A stretch of 56,234 bases of DNA. Origin: Candidatus Stercoripulliclostridium sp. (lineage in GTDB: Bacteria; Bacillota; Clostridia; Christensenellales; DTU072). The notes under the pieces are model-generated. The model was not told the origin of the DNA and made no database searches. It saw only the letters and a program-made list of their open reading frames with translations. The translations under genes were made by a program, and so were the position numbers. The DNA lies in NCBI GenBank assembly GCA_045535235.1, contig JAZSLG010000021.1, positions 1 to 56,234 on the forward strand, written 5' to 3'. Shown one piece after another: positions 28,663 to 39,100 of this stretch; position 1 is the first letter of the stretch; each line of letters starts with the position of its first letter.

Positions 28663-29091
28663 TTAAATATTTGCAAAATACTCTAATGCCTCGGCGTAAC
28701 CGGCAAAGCCTTTACCCACGATAGTCTTTTTAGCATACAAGGAAATATAAGAAAATTTCCTAAACTCTTCACGAGTGCTTATATCGGTAAGATGTACTTC
28801 AACGGTAGGTATGCCAACTGCTTTTAGTGCATCCAGAATAGCAACCGACGTGTGCGTATAGCCCCCGGCATTAATAATAATCCCGTCGTATTCGTCATAT
28901 GCTTCTTGTATCCAAGTTATAATTTCGCCCTCGTAATTACTTTGTAAAATACGAACGTTAAGATCAACTTCCCTTGCGTGCCTAGTGATAAACTCATACA
29001 AGTCTTCGTAGTCGCGCCTACCGTAAATCATAGGCTCGCGAATGCCCACCATATTTAGGTTCGGTCCATTTATAACAAGAATTTTCTTCAT
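28663..29091 (-). CDS. aroQ: type II 3-dehydroquinate dehydratase
   Basis: INGPNLN, GIREP.IYG, QSNYEG, THTS, EVHL. Confidence 0.95.
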   Translation of the reverse strand: MKKILVINGPNLNMVGIREPMIYGRRDYEDLYEFITRHAREVDLNVRILQSNYEGEIITWIQEAYDEYDGIIINAGGYTHTSVAILDALKAVGIPTVEVHLTDISTREEFRKFSYISLYAKKTIVGKGFAGYAEALEYFANI

Positions 29092-30128
29092 TTTAAATAC
29101 TCCTTTAATTTAGCAAGCTCCATTTTTTCAACCACGCAATTGCCTACGCCTTTTATGGTTACCAAATTAATGTCCTTGTCTTCTGCTTTTTTGTCCACCT
29201 TTGCTACTTCACAAATATCGCTAATTTTATAGGGAAGGGTATAGTCGATATTGTAGGTTGCGTAAAGGTCCTTTATTTTGTAGTATTCCTCACTTGGAAG
29301 GGTGCCCCTTTTATGTTCGGCGTTTGCAATTGCCATTATTCCACAAGCAACGGCTTTACCATGTGTGAAAGTATATTTTGATAGTTTTTCTATGCCGTGT
29401 GCAACTGTGTGACCAAGGTTGAGTAGTCTTCTAACACCACCCTCTCTTTCATCAGCTTCTACTATATCACGCTTGTAGCTAACGGAAAGCTCGATAGCCC
29501 TTAACTTGTCCGTTTCATACCCTTTGGATACTAGTTCGTATGCCTCGCCACCAATTAAACAGGCATATTTGATTAGTTCTCCAAGACCGTTTTCTATCTC
29601 TTTTTGAGGAAGAGTATCAAGAGTAGTAATATCCGCTATAACTAGGCTAGGTTGCCAAAATGCACCTACTAAATTTTTACCGGCTCCAAGATCGATTGCC
29701 GTTTTACCGCCCACACTACTATCTATTTGTGCAAGAAGTGTGGTTGGTATTTGCACGAACTCTATTCCTCGAAGATAGGTTGCTGCAACAAATCCGGCAA
29801 GGTCGCCAACAACTCCGCCACCAAGAGCGACTATACCGTCTTTCCTAGTAAAGCCATTGTCGGCAAGATAATCGAGTATTGCACCATAAACGGACAAATT
29901 CTTGCTTTTTTCTCCGTTTTCTATAACAAAAATTTCCACTTTGTAACCGCTATCGGCAAGAGAGTCCGCTACTATACCCGTATATAATTCGTTAACTATG
30001 TCATCGGTGATAATTAGCACTCTTGGGGCTTTCATAACCTTATTAACCAACGCTCCCGTTTGATAAAGTAGGTTTTCGCCTATTATCACTTCGTAAGGTC
30101 TTCCTGTGTTTACTTTAATAGTTTTCAT
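29088..30128 (-). CDS. aroB: 3-dehydroquinate synthase
   Basis: GGGVVGDLAGF, PTTLLAQIDSSVGGK, LNLGHT; start at 30128 (SD GGAG). Confidence 0.95.
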   Translation of the reverse strand: MKTIKVNTGRPYEVIIGENLLYQTGALVNKVMKAPRVLIITDDIVNELYTGIVADSLADSGYKVEIFVIENGEKSKNLSVYGAILDYLADNGFTRKDGIVALGGGVVGDLAGFVAATYLRGIEFVQIPTTLLAQIDSSVGGKTAIDLGAGKNLVGAFWQPSLVIADITTLDTLPQKEIENGLGELIKYACLIGGEAYELVSKGYETDKLRAIELSVSYKRDIVEADEREGGVRRLLNLGHTVAHGIEKLSKYTFTHGKAVACGIMAIANAEHKRGTLPSEEYYKIKDLYATYNIDYTLPYKISDICEVAKVDKKAEDKDINLVTIKGVGNCVVEKMELAKLKEYLK

Positions 30129-30168
30129 GGGAAACTCCACTATATAGTAATATAATGTCTTGTAAAAT

Positions 30169-30197
30169 ATATTACTATCACGCGCGCGTTTTGTCAA
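30169..30197 (-). promoter_or_regulatory. sigma70-type promoter of the aroB operon
   Basis: TTGACA-aaacgcgcgcgtgatag(17)-TAATAT. Confidence 0.6.
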
Positions 30198-30215
30198 GAG
30201 AGAATAGAAGTAAGT

Positions 30216-30249
30216 AAAAAAGAAATCTACCATTTAGGTAGATTTCTTT
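30216..30249 (-). terminator. intrinsic terminator after rubrerythrin
   Basis: AAAGAAATCTACC-ATTTA-GGTAGATTTCTTT. Confidence 0.85.
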
Positions 30250-30289
30250 ACGTTACTAAAACTCATTTCTTGTTTGGAGAGGAAATGTA

Positions 30290-31456
30290 TTAGAAATATC
30301 TCTTTAGGAGTCCAGCAAAAGCTTTACCGTGGCGAGCTTCATCGCGTGCCATTTCGTGAACGGTGTCGTGGATAGCATCAAGGTTAAGTTCCTTTGCACG
30401 TTTTGCAAGGTCGAATTTACCTGCGGTTGCGCCGTTTTCAGCATCAACACGGAGTTCAAGATTCTTCTTGGTGGAATCGGTAACAACTTCGCCTAGAAGT
30501 TCAGCAAATTTTGCTGCGTGTTCTGCTTCTTCCCAAGCTGCCTTTTCATAGTACAAACCGATTTCGGGATAGCCTTCACGGTGAGCAACTCTTGCCATTG
30601 CAAGATACATACCAACTTCGGTACATTCGCCTTCAAAGTTAGCACGAAGATCCATGATGATGTCTTCTCTTGCGCCCTTAGCGATGCCGATTACGTGTTC
30701 TGCTGCCCAGGTCATTTCGCCGTCTTGCTTGGTGAACTTTTCTGCGGGTGCCTTGCAGAGGGGGCATCTTTCGGGAGCAGAATCGCCTTCGTGAGTATAA
30801 CCACAAACGTTACATACATATTTTGCCATAGTTTTGTCTCCTTTACTTTCAATTTTTTTATTTGTATTTAGCGTTACAGTTTTTCCTGTATTATTGACTT
30901 CTCTATACACGTCAACGTGTTTACATATCGGGCATATTTCACCTTTTTGAGGTGGGGTATTTCTAACGTGTCCACATATTATACACTCATACCCGGCACT
31001 TGCCCTCTTTCTTAGATTGTTACGATAATACGCATAGGTTATAGGTTCTTTATCGTACTCTTTTTCATCCACTACTTTGGAGATAAACAAGGTGTGTGAG
31101 CCAAGGTCTTTTTCTTCCAAAACTTCCAGTTCAAGGTAACCACAAGTGCCTTCTTTGATTACCAAACAACCGTTTTGACTTTCATCGGCTACTATTCCGT
31201 CAAACTTATTAACCTCTCTTCCCGACTGCATTCCGAAAGTTCTTATAAGCGTTGGATCAACTTCTATTGATAGAATAGAAACACTTGCTTTTTTGGTTGC
31301 CTTAAGAACTTCGTGAGTGTAATTGCTCTTGTTAAGGGCAATGCTAACCTTGTCGTTTGACTGTTGCATTAGGGTGTTACAAATACATCCCGTGTGCTTG
31401 TCGCCTTTAACAGCTACTAAATATAGTCCGTAACTAATTTTGAATAATGCGCTCAT
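30290..31456 (-). CDS. flavin reductase-like/rubredoxin-like protein in frame with reverse rubrerythrin (NADH peroxidase); internal start at 30829
   Basis: [10 protein letters not shown] and FGMQSGR (flavin reductase); CIIC..CPIC; then [13 protein letters not shown] and diiron motifs (EAEH, EARH). Confidence 0.85.
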   Translation of the reverse strand: MSALFKISYGLYLVAVKGDKHTGCICNTLMQQSNDKVSIALNKSNYTHEVLKATKKASVSILSIEVDPTLIRTFGMQSGREVNKFDGIVADESQNGCLVIKEGTCGYLELEVLEEKDLGSHTLFISKVVDEKEYDKEPITYAYYRNNLRKRASAGYECIICGHVRNTPPQKGEICPICKHVDVYREVNNTGKTVTLNTNKKIESKGDKTMAKYVCNVCGYTHEGDSAPERCPLCKAPAEKFTKQDGEMTWAAEHVIGIAKGAREDIIMDLRANFEGECTEVGMYLAMARVAHREGYPEIGLYYEKAAWEEAEHAAKFAELLGEVVTDSTKKNLELRVDAENGATAGKFDLAKRAKELNLDAIHDTVHEMARDEARHGKAFAGLLKRYF

Positions 31457-31826
31457 TTTTACACCTATCACAGAGCCCTACGAAAAGAACCTCTGTTCCA
31501 TCAATTTGATACCCGGTCATGCTTTGTACTGCACTTTCTAGCCTATCCAAGTCTTTCGCCGGGACGTCTAGCACAACTCCACAGCTCTTACACCTAAAGT
31601 GTGCATGTAGTCCTATCGTTTTATCGTACCTGTCCCCTGCATTGAGTATGGATACCTCTCTTATTTTACCAAGTTCTACCAAAACTTTCAAGTTCCTATA
31701 AACGGTTCCCAAGCTAATTTCCGGCATCCTTTCCCTACAGCGAGTATAAATAGTTTCGGCACTAGGATGGTCACATGATTCTTCAACCACTCTTAATACC
31801 AAGTCTCTCTGAGCAGTATTTCTCAC
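31434..31826 (-). CDS. perR: Fur family regulator (PerR-like)
   Basis: [27 protein letters not shown]; GTG start with SD GGAGG; peroxide-defence gene downstream. Confidence 0.85.
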   Translation of the reverse strand: MRNTAQRDLVLRVVEESCDHPSAETIYTRCRERMPEISLGTVYRNLKVLVELGKIREVSILNAGDRYDKTIGLHAHFRCKSCGVVLDVPAKDLDRLESAVQSMTGYQIDGTEVLFVGLCDRCKNERIIQN

Positions 31827-31851
31827 GTTTTACCTCCTTTTGCTTATCGCT

Positions 31852-31896
31852 ATTAGTAACTATTACTATTAAACCATAGCCTTGAATGTTTGTCAA
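31852..31896 (-). promoter_or_regulatory. perR promoter with Per/Fur-box-like palindrome
   Basis: TTGACA-17-TTTAAT (TG extended); TAGTAA-N3-TTACTA at 31854-31868 over the predicted start site. Confidence 0.65.
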
Positions 31897-32141
31897 TAGA
31901 TTTTATGAAAAAATTTAAAAATTATTTTTGCTTAATAATACAAACGAGATTTTAGTTTTTCTATAGCAACATTTTGATTATCAAGCGGTTCATAATTTTT
32001 AAGAAAACCTTATTCCTTATATAATTTTGATTTGATCATTTATTTATTTTTCTACTCTTATTTTCCTTAATTTATTTAATCATGATAGTTTACATTTCGC
32101 ACTCGCTAGGTGTAGAATATTAAATAAGGAAGGGATTATAT

Positions 32142-32816
32142 ATGGTTGATGAAAAAGCTCTAAAATTAGAATATGAAAAATATGGACTAAGATATTACAC
32201 TCCAAACGAGGAATTGTGGAATGCAATAACACACGGTATAGGTGCGCCTATCGCCCTTGGTTTTATGATTTATCTTCTTGTGATTGCAAATTCTCTTGCC
32301 GAAATTTTTGCATCCCTTCTTCTTTGTATTCCAGCAATGCAGGTTTATGCTACGTCGGGAGTATATCACGCACTAACCGACAAGCAAAAAAAGAGTATGG
32401 CAAGACGAATAGACCACGCAAATATTGCTTTCTTGGTTACCGCTTGCGGAGTACCTTTTTCATTACTTTTTAACGACTACTTAATAAACTATATTGGCGT
32501 AGGCATTTGTTTTACTTTAGCAATTATAAACGCCGTCCTTTGCGTTTACGACCTTATGCGTTTTAAGACTTTTGGCGTCGTAGTGGATGCTATTATTGGC
32601 GCAATTTTACTAATACTATACATAGTAAATCTAGGTTCACCCTATGCAACACATACTATTAATACATTTTATCTAATCGGTTTTATTTTCTGCGTAGCAG
32701 GACTTGCCCTCTATACTATAAAGAAAAAATATATACATACCGTTTTCCACGTTGCGACGTTGATAGGCCCTATCTTGATGATGGTGGGCACAATTTTGCT
32801 ATTTAGTATGCACTAA
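32142..32816 (+). CDS. hemolysin III/PAQR family membrane protein
   Basis: EELWNAITHG, SGVYH, RIDHANI, HTVFH. Confidence 0.85.
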   Translation: MVDEKALKLEYEKYGLRYYTPNEELWNAITHGIGAPIALGFMIYLLVIANSLAEIFASLLLCIPAMQVYATSGVYHALTDKQKKSMARRIDHANIAFLVTACGVPFSLLFNDYLINYIGVGICFTLAIINAVLCVYDLMRFKTFGVVVDAIIGAILLILYIVNLGSPYATHTINTFYLIGFIFCVAGLALYTIKKKYIHTVFHVATLIGPILMMVGTILLFSMH

Positions 32817-32824
32817 GCTTACAT

Positions 32825-33403
32825 ATGAAGAGGATCTCGTTAAAAAATATTGATTGGCAAAGCCTTTATATGCCACTTATATATTCCACTTTTATAATCT
32901 ACTTGGTGCTACTAATATGGGTGGTAATTTTCAAAGCAACTATTCCCGAAATTTTTATTTACGACTATATTCAAAAACCGATATCCTATCGTTTTGAGCG
33001 CGGGATAGTACCATTTTCTCATTCCTATTATCAATACGTATCCCTCGATATGATACTAAACGTGATTGCATTTATGCCACTTGGCTTTTACCTACCTTTT
33101 ATGGTCAAAAAAAGATATGCTTTCCCAATTGTTACCCTTGTATCGATGCTTTTTGAAACAATACAATTACTAACCGGCTTCGGATGGTTCGATATCGTTG
33201 ACTTGATGGTCAACGTTCTTGGTGGCTTTTTGGGCATTGGGATATATGCCCTTCTTCGCCCAAAGCTAAAAGATGAAATCATCAACAAAGCAAATGCTGT
33301 GTTCACCATAGTTTTTGGCATTGTTGCACTAGGAGTAATAATATATCTACCAATATATTTTATACTAGGCGAACCATTTGATTACGTTTCAAGATATTAT
33401 TAG
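32825..33403 (+). CDS. VanZ family protein
   Basis: NVIAFMPLG, FETIQ, FDIVDLMVNVLG. Confidence 0.85.
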   Translation: MKRISLKNIDWQSLYMPLIYSTFIIYLVLLIWVVIFKATIPEIFIYDYIQKPISYRFERGIVPFSHSYYQYVSLDMILNVIAFMPLGFYLPFMVKKRYAFPIVTLVSMLFETIQLLTGFGWFDIVDLMVNVLGGFLGIGIYALLRPKLKDEIINKANAVFTIVFGIVALGVIIYLPIYFILGEPFDYVSRYY

Positions 33404-33416
33404 TACTAAATAAAAC

Positions 33417-33447
33417 AAGAAACTCTCCAAAACGGAGAGTTTCTTTT
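33417..33447. terminator. bidirectional intrinsic terminator
   Basis: AAGAAACTCTCC-AAAAC-GGAGAGTTTCTT between convergent genes. Confidence 0.8.
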
Positions 33448-33459
33448 AGCTTGGTTTAA

Positions 33460-34332
33460 CTATTTTAATTCTTCTGCTATGCGCTTTGCTTCTTCCCAAC
33501 CTGCTTCACTAAGAGGTAAGAAGGGCTTGCGACAATTACCCATAGGAATACCTTGTAAGGTAAGGATTGCCTTTTCCATAGCGAATACACCATAAGGAAT
33601 CATTCTGTCGATAATGCGGTTTGCTTTGGTTTGGTATTCTTGAGCAGACTTGATATCGCCACGATTGAATGCGTTGTAAATATCAAGAATGAGTGAACCC
33701 ATAAAGTTGTAGGTAGAGCCTATGCCACCGTCTGCGCCCATGGAAAGTCCGCCGATGAGCATCTCGTCAAATCCGTTGTAAACAACGAGGGGCTTGCTGA
33801 GGTGTTTGAAACGTTCAAGATCGAACAAGTTTGCGCTGGTGTGCTTTACGCCGATTAGCTTGGGATTGTCTATCATTTCTTCAACTAATTCGAGCATACC
33901 GCCAAAGCCGTTTGCACCGGGGAAGTTGTAGATGATCATGGGAAGGTTGCTTGCGTTCAAGATGTCTTTATAATAACCCTTGATTGCTTCACTGCTAAAT
34001 GAGAAATAGAAGGGAACTACTGCAGAAACTGCATCGTAGCCATATTCCTCTGCCTTCTTTGCCATACGGCAAGCAGAATCGGTAGAAATGGTGCCAACGT
34101 GTGCAATAAGAATGCTTCTTCCTGCGTTAACTTCGGAAACGAACTTAAGAATGGATATTCTTTCTTCCTCGCTCATCATAACGGACTCACCGGTGGAGCC
34201 ACAAACGTACATACCGGTAAGACCCACTTCTATATTACGCTCAACTAGAAGCTTTAGAGAATCAAAATTAATGGTGCCATCATCATTAAACGGGGTTAAG
34301 AGTGCTGCATAAATGCCTTTGAAATCTTTCAT
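33460..34332 (-). CDS. nanA: N-acetylneuraminate lyase
   Basis: YVCGSTGE, SAVVPFY, IYNFP, GVKHTS, NGFDE, GGIGSTYN. Confidence 0.9.
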   Translation of the reverse strand: MKDFKGIYAALLTPFNDDGTINFDSLKLLVERNIEVGLTGMYVCGSTGESVMMSEEERISILKFVSEVNAGRSILIAHVGTISTDSACRMAKKAEEYGYDAVSAVVPFYFSFSSEAIKGYYKDILNASNLPMIIYNFPGANGFGGMLELVEEMIDNPKLIGVKHTSANLFDLERFKHLSKPLVVYNGFDEMLIGGLSMGADGGIGSTYNFMGSLILDIYNAFNRGDIKSAQEYQTKANRIIDRMIPYGVFAMEKAILTLQGIPMGNCRKPFLPLSEAGWEEAKRIAEELK

Positions 34333-34400
34333 TTTACAATCTCCTTAATTCATTAATCGTAGTATACGCCCACTAAAAAATATAGTCAAGCAAAAAAAGG

Positions 34401-34460
34401 TAAATGTAAATCTTACGATTTATATTTAATATTGACACGTCGTACTATTTAGATTATACT
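34401..34460 (+). promoter_or_regulatory. divergent nanA/MFS control region with palindrome
   Basis: TAAATGTAAATC-TTAC-GATTTATATTTA near-perfect inverted repeat just upstream of TTGACA-17-TATACT. Confidence 0.55.
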
Positions 34461-34485
34461 TTAGAAGTAACTGGAGGAGTTAAGA

Positions 34486-36039
34486 ATGACTAATACGACA
34501 GAAATAAAAGTTGAAACTCTTGCGGAAGATAGCCAAAATATAAATCTTCCCAAAGAAAAGCAAGTCAAAAACAAGGAATTAATCATATTCCTATTTGCTG
34601 CATTCTTCTATACTATGATTACAGGTATGGTGGGCTCCTATAGACAAGAGTACCTAACAACCTTTGTAGGAGCAGGACTACTTACCGAGGACCACATATC
34701 TCTTATTAACTCCATTGTAAGCATTGTGGGTTATTTCGTAAGCTTTGGTATGGCTCTTGTAATTGACCGTAGCCGTTCCAAAATAGGCAAGTTCCGTCCC
34801 CTAATACTAATAGTTTCGGTTCCTCTTGCAGTCGTTACGTCACTTTCGTTCTATCTTCCCGGTTTCCTTAGTGATAGTGCTACCAAGATTATGGTTTACT
34901 TTTGTATCCTCTTTATTATTTACGGTGCACTAACTAACGTGGGTAACTCGGTAAACATGGTTGCAATGGTTATGTCAACCGATGACAAAGAGCGCAACTC
35001 CATTATGAGTTGGAGGAGTATTGTTAGCGCAGTAGGTAACTCTGCTCCCCTCGTCGTCGTTTTGATTATTGGAATGTTACGTAAGCCGGGAATAATTAAG
35101 AATGACGAAATAATGTACCTCGTTAGCGCCATAATTTGTTCCGTTGTTGGTATGATTACCATGCTACTCGGCGCAAGGTTCATAAAAGAGCGTACTACTT
35201 ACGATAAAAAGCCCGAAAATCCCCTTAAGAACATTAAATCTATTATAACCAACAAACACGCCCTACTCGTAATTTTGAGCGAGTTCTTAAAGGCTTTCCG
35301 TGGCCTAGCGAGCTATATGATGCCCTTCCTTGCTATAATATACTTTGGTAAGAGTGGTCAAACCTTGTTCTTTGGAATATGTACAGGCGTAGGAACCTTC
35401 GTTGGTATGTTCATTATTAAAGCACTAATGAAGAAGTTTAGCGAGCGTACCTTGTATATTTGCTCGGGTATTTACTCGGTATGTATCAACTGCCTTGCCT
35501 TCATCGTTGGCTACTTTGCCTTTAGCAACCCCGACAACATTTTCCTCACCATACTATTCTTCCTATTCATGTTCCTAGTAGGCTTCCAATACGGGGCTTC
35601 CAACCTACTCCCCACCCTATTTGGCGCAGATATAATTGAAGAAATAGAGGCAAAGACGGGCAAGCGCAACGATGCTAGCTATACTTGGATAGTGGCGCTA
35701 GGCAGTTCCATTAGTGGCATAATAGTTCAAACGGTAGCCCCCCTAATCCTACTAAAGGACAACCTAATCGGCTACCAACCCCACTACACCGATGCAGTGA
35801 CAGGCACTACCATATATCCCGAAAACAGCCTTAAAACGGCACTATGGATGCTAGCCTTCTATACCATATTCCACGGCATTTGCATGCTTGCTGCGGGCAT
35901 CCCCTTCTTCTTTTATGACCTAACCGGCGAAAAGAAGAAAGCAGTCCACGAGGCAGTTCTTCTCAAGCGTGAAGAAATACGCCTCGCCCAAGAAGCAGAA
36001 GCACAAGCTGTTTTAGAGGTTGCATCAAGCGAGGAATAA
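34486..36039 (+). CDS. MFS transporter, glycoside-pentoside-hexuronide-like
   Basis: ~12 TM helices; IDRSRSKIGKFRP, ADIIEEIEAKTGKRND, YDLT. Confidence 0.85.
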   Translation: MTNTTEIKVETLAEDSQNINLPKEKQVKNKELIIFLFAAFFYTMITGMVGSYRQEYLTTFVGAGLLTEDHISLINSIVSIVGYFVSFGMALVIDRSRSKIGKFRPLILIVSVPLAVVTSLSFYLPGFLSDSATKIMVYFCILFIIYGALTNVGNSVNMVAMVMSTDDKERNSIMSWRSIVSAVGNSAPLVVVLIIGMLRKPGIIKNDEIMYLVSAIICSVVGMITMLLGARFIKERTTYDKKPENPLKNIKSIITNKHALLVILSEFLKAFRGLASYMMPFLAIIYFGKSGQTLFFGICTGVGTFVGMFIIKALMKKFSERTLYICSGIYSVCINCLAFIVGYFAFSNPDNIFLTILFFLFMFLVGFQYGASNLLPTLFGADIIEEIEAKTGKRNDASYTWIVALGSSISGIIVQTVAPLILLKDNLIGYQPHYTDAVTGTTIYPENSLKTALWMLAFYTIFHGICMLAAGIPFFFYDLTGEKKKAVHEAVLLKREEIRLAQEAEAQAVLEVASSEE

Positions 36040-36065
36040 TACATATTATCATTCTATAAAAAACA

Positions 36066-36094
36066 AGGAGCGAAATTTTTCGCTCCTTATTTTT
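36066..36094 (+). terminator. intrinsic terminator
   Basis: AAGGAGCGAAA...TTTCGCTCCTT then T-rich tail. Confidence 0.75.
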
Positions 36095-36168
36095 ACCCAC
36101 TTTTTATCAAAGCCTAGGATAGCTAGGTTTTTAAAAAGTTAACTGCTTGATATGTCTTAAGAACTGAA

Positions 36169-39100
36169 TTAACCACCTAAAGTAATAGTTACGACAATTT
36201 CGCTGGCTTTCCATTCATCATTTTGGGTACCATGCGCACTAAACGTTAGATATATTTTTTCCCAATCCTTAATATTGTTATAAGACCATATTCTTAACCA
36301 TGTAAATGAGTGAGTAGCCGATCCCTTTCCTTCTCCATTTGTGGAAATATCGTTTTTGCTATACAAAAGTTTGCCATCGGTGCAAGTAACAGGATTATCG
36401 TTTGACATGTCCTTATCTGCGCCACCACTTGTAACTTTCTTTCCAGTGGTTAAGTAAAACTCTTGATATCCATCATCTATCTCGGTAGCTTTAAATGATA
36501 TGGTTATGCTATATATTTTCGTTCCTTCTCCAGTCATCATTTCTTTTTTAATATCTAAAAGGTCTATCGAACGTTGCTGTGAGGTTGGAATGACCTCGTC
36601 TTCCAAGGTATGATTAATGCTCGTAACATCATCCAAGTTTATACTAATTGCCTTACGTTTTATCAAACAATATATAGCACAAACACGCTCGCCACCAAAA
36701 TCTCCAAATAGGGTTTCCTTGTTTACGGTCTGAGTTGTCGTTCCTTTGTTAACAGCAACCTTATTCTCGCCGTCCTTATTTTTATATCTCCAAACTGCTC
36801 CATTATCATCGGTTTCGTTTGCCACCCAACCTACAGGTATTTGCAAAAGACTAGGAGCTGAAATAAAATCTGTGTCCAAAAAGTTATTTCCACATGCCAC
36901 AAAGGAACTCTTATAGTACGAACCATCATCACTATACATGTACATCATTAACGTATAGGCACAATTGATTACAGCTGTAATGGTAAAATCATAAAATTGT
37001 TGGTTGTTAACATAATGTTCGCTTTCCAATATAACAATTATCCCATTACAGAAATCATTGTATTCAACCTCAGCTTCAAACATTTTATTTGTGTATGGTA
37101 AATTATTCTCTGTTTTTAACACATCTCCGTTAGTCTTTTTAATAACTATATTATGTTCAGCATTCCCCAAAGAGTATTTGGCTGAGTTCTCATCTATTTC
37201 ATATTCAATCAACAATTTCACGCTCGTAGCATATTGTCCCAAAATTTTTGTATTTAGTTTTTTGAAATCATTAGGATAATAACTAAACTCTTTGGTGCTT
37301 CTCTTTTGCAAAATGAACTGTTGTGGATTGCTTGTATCTACTATTTTAGAGCAAACGGCGTAAAGTATAATGCTATCAACAAGTGGTACGGTAGCATCAT
37401 CCTTTACCAGTTCTCCGTTGTCATACTCCCAATTACTATCTTTGTCATAAACGTAGTTTTCACAATTAAAGCCAATCTTGCTCTCCATTAAAGAGGCTAG
37501 CAAGTAATCATTATATCTAAAAAAGACTGTATTAGTGTGCAAACCACAACCACAATGCAAAGATATTTGTACTTCAACGCCCTCTGATATTGCCCAAATA
37601 CTAAGTTCTTCTGCAGGCATATAGAAGCTCTCATTCAAATTCCATTCTTTAAACTGATACCCTTGCATGATTTGAAGATTCTCTTTTATATAAATATTTT
37701 CTTCTCTTTGAAGAAATTCTTTCAAATTCTCATCATAATACACCATGACTTGCTGATAGTTGTTGTTATTTTGAAAATCATCATAACTGGAAAAGACTTT
37801 AAGTTTAAATTGGTTCTTACTCCAATTTGCGCGCATGGTCAAATTCATGCTAGGCATAGTTTTACCAATCTCAAAATCTATCCAATTCTCATCTTGTAAA
37901 TAGCTCCAGCCCGTAAACTTATAGCCCACGTAATTGCTTTCATCACCCAAGTGAACAGTAGGAGTAATTGTTTGTCCATATACATATTGTTCTGTCTTCA
38001 AAACCACACTTACTAAATCTTCAACGGGATAATTTGACAAATATGTGATTTGATAATTATTTATTGTAGCCGTAGTGTATACTGTAAAACTGCGATTTGG
38101 CATTATTTCCGGCAAGATTCCCTCAGTTACCCACGCACTATACGTCCATCCTTCTTTTTCTGGCAAATCCTTATACTTGATTGTTTCTTCGAACAAGAAA
38201 GTACATATATCTTGTACTTTTCCATCATAGTAATATGAAATTGCGAAACTCTTTTTTGTCCATTTAGCTTTAAAAACAGTGTTTTCTTCGTTTATAACGA
38301 ACGTACTATCAACTTTGTTTTCTTCTCCATCAGCTACAATATACCAACCATCAAAGTCGTAACCATCACGGGATGGACTATCGCATAAGATACCCATTGG
38401 CTTTCCTTGTATTGAAGTCGTTTCCATTACTGAAGAATTACTATTCGTATCAATAACATAATCGTAGTCCTTGTAAACCGTCAAGAACACAACTTCTTCT
38501 TCCGACCATACGGCATAAAGAATTATATCGCTATCAATTTTTTTGCTAAAAGTAAACATCGTGTTATCGACATCATTTACATCCGTACACCACCCCTTAA
38601 AGTAATATCCTTCTTTTTGAGGATTCGATGTAGGTTCATCTGCCCAAGAACCATATTCTACTGTTTGAGTAGCAAGGGAATTTTGTACGTTTTCACTACC
38701 ACCATTAGTATTGAATTTAACGACAAAACTCTTCTTTGTAAATTTAGCTACCAAGGTCGTGTTTTGCTTAAATTGATAAGCATATAAATCTTCTATGCGA
38801 GTAACATAGTCCGATAGATACCAACCACTAAACTCATGTCCTTCTACAATAGGAACAGATACCGATTCTCCTAATAGGAAATCCGTCAATACACTTACCT
38901 TCTTTGACAAATAATAGTTACTATCTATGGAAGACGTGAAAACAACATTATATTGCTTTGCCGTATATTGTGCATTTATTATCGTATTCTTTTTAAACTC
39001 ATATTGAGTAATATCGAACTCTTCACCATTTTGCAAAGTCCAATGCGAAAATACATAATGTTCTCTTATTGGTACTCCTGGAGAAATAGTAAAACCATTT

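Noticed and set aside
32142-32816. Hemolysin III gene as a toxin partner of the MACPF protein
   Set aside because: It belongs to a widespread PAQR-type membrane family and is separated from the MACPF gene by unrelated transcription units.
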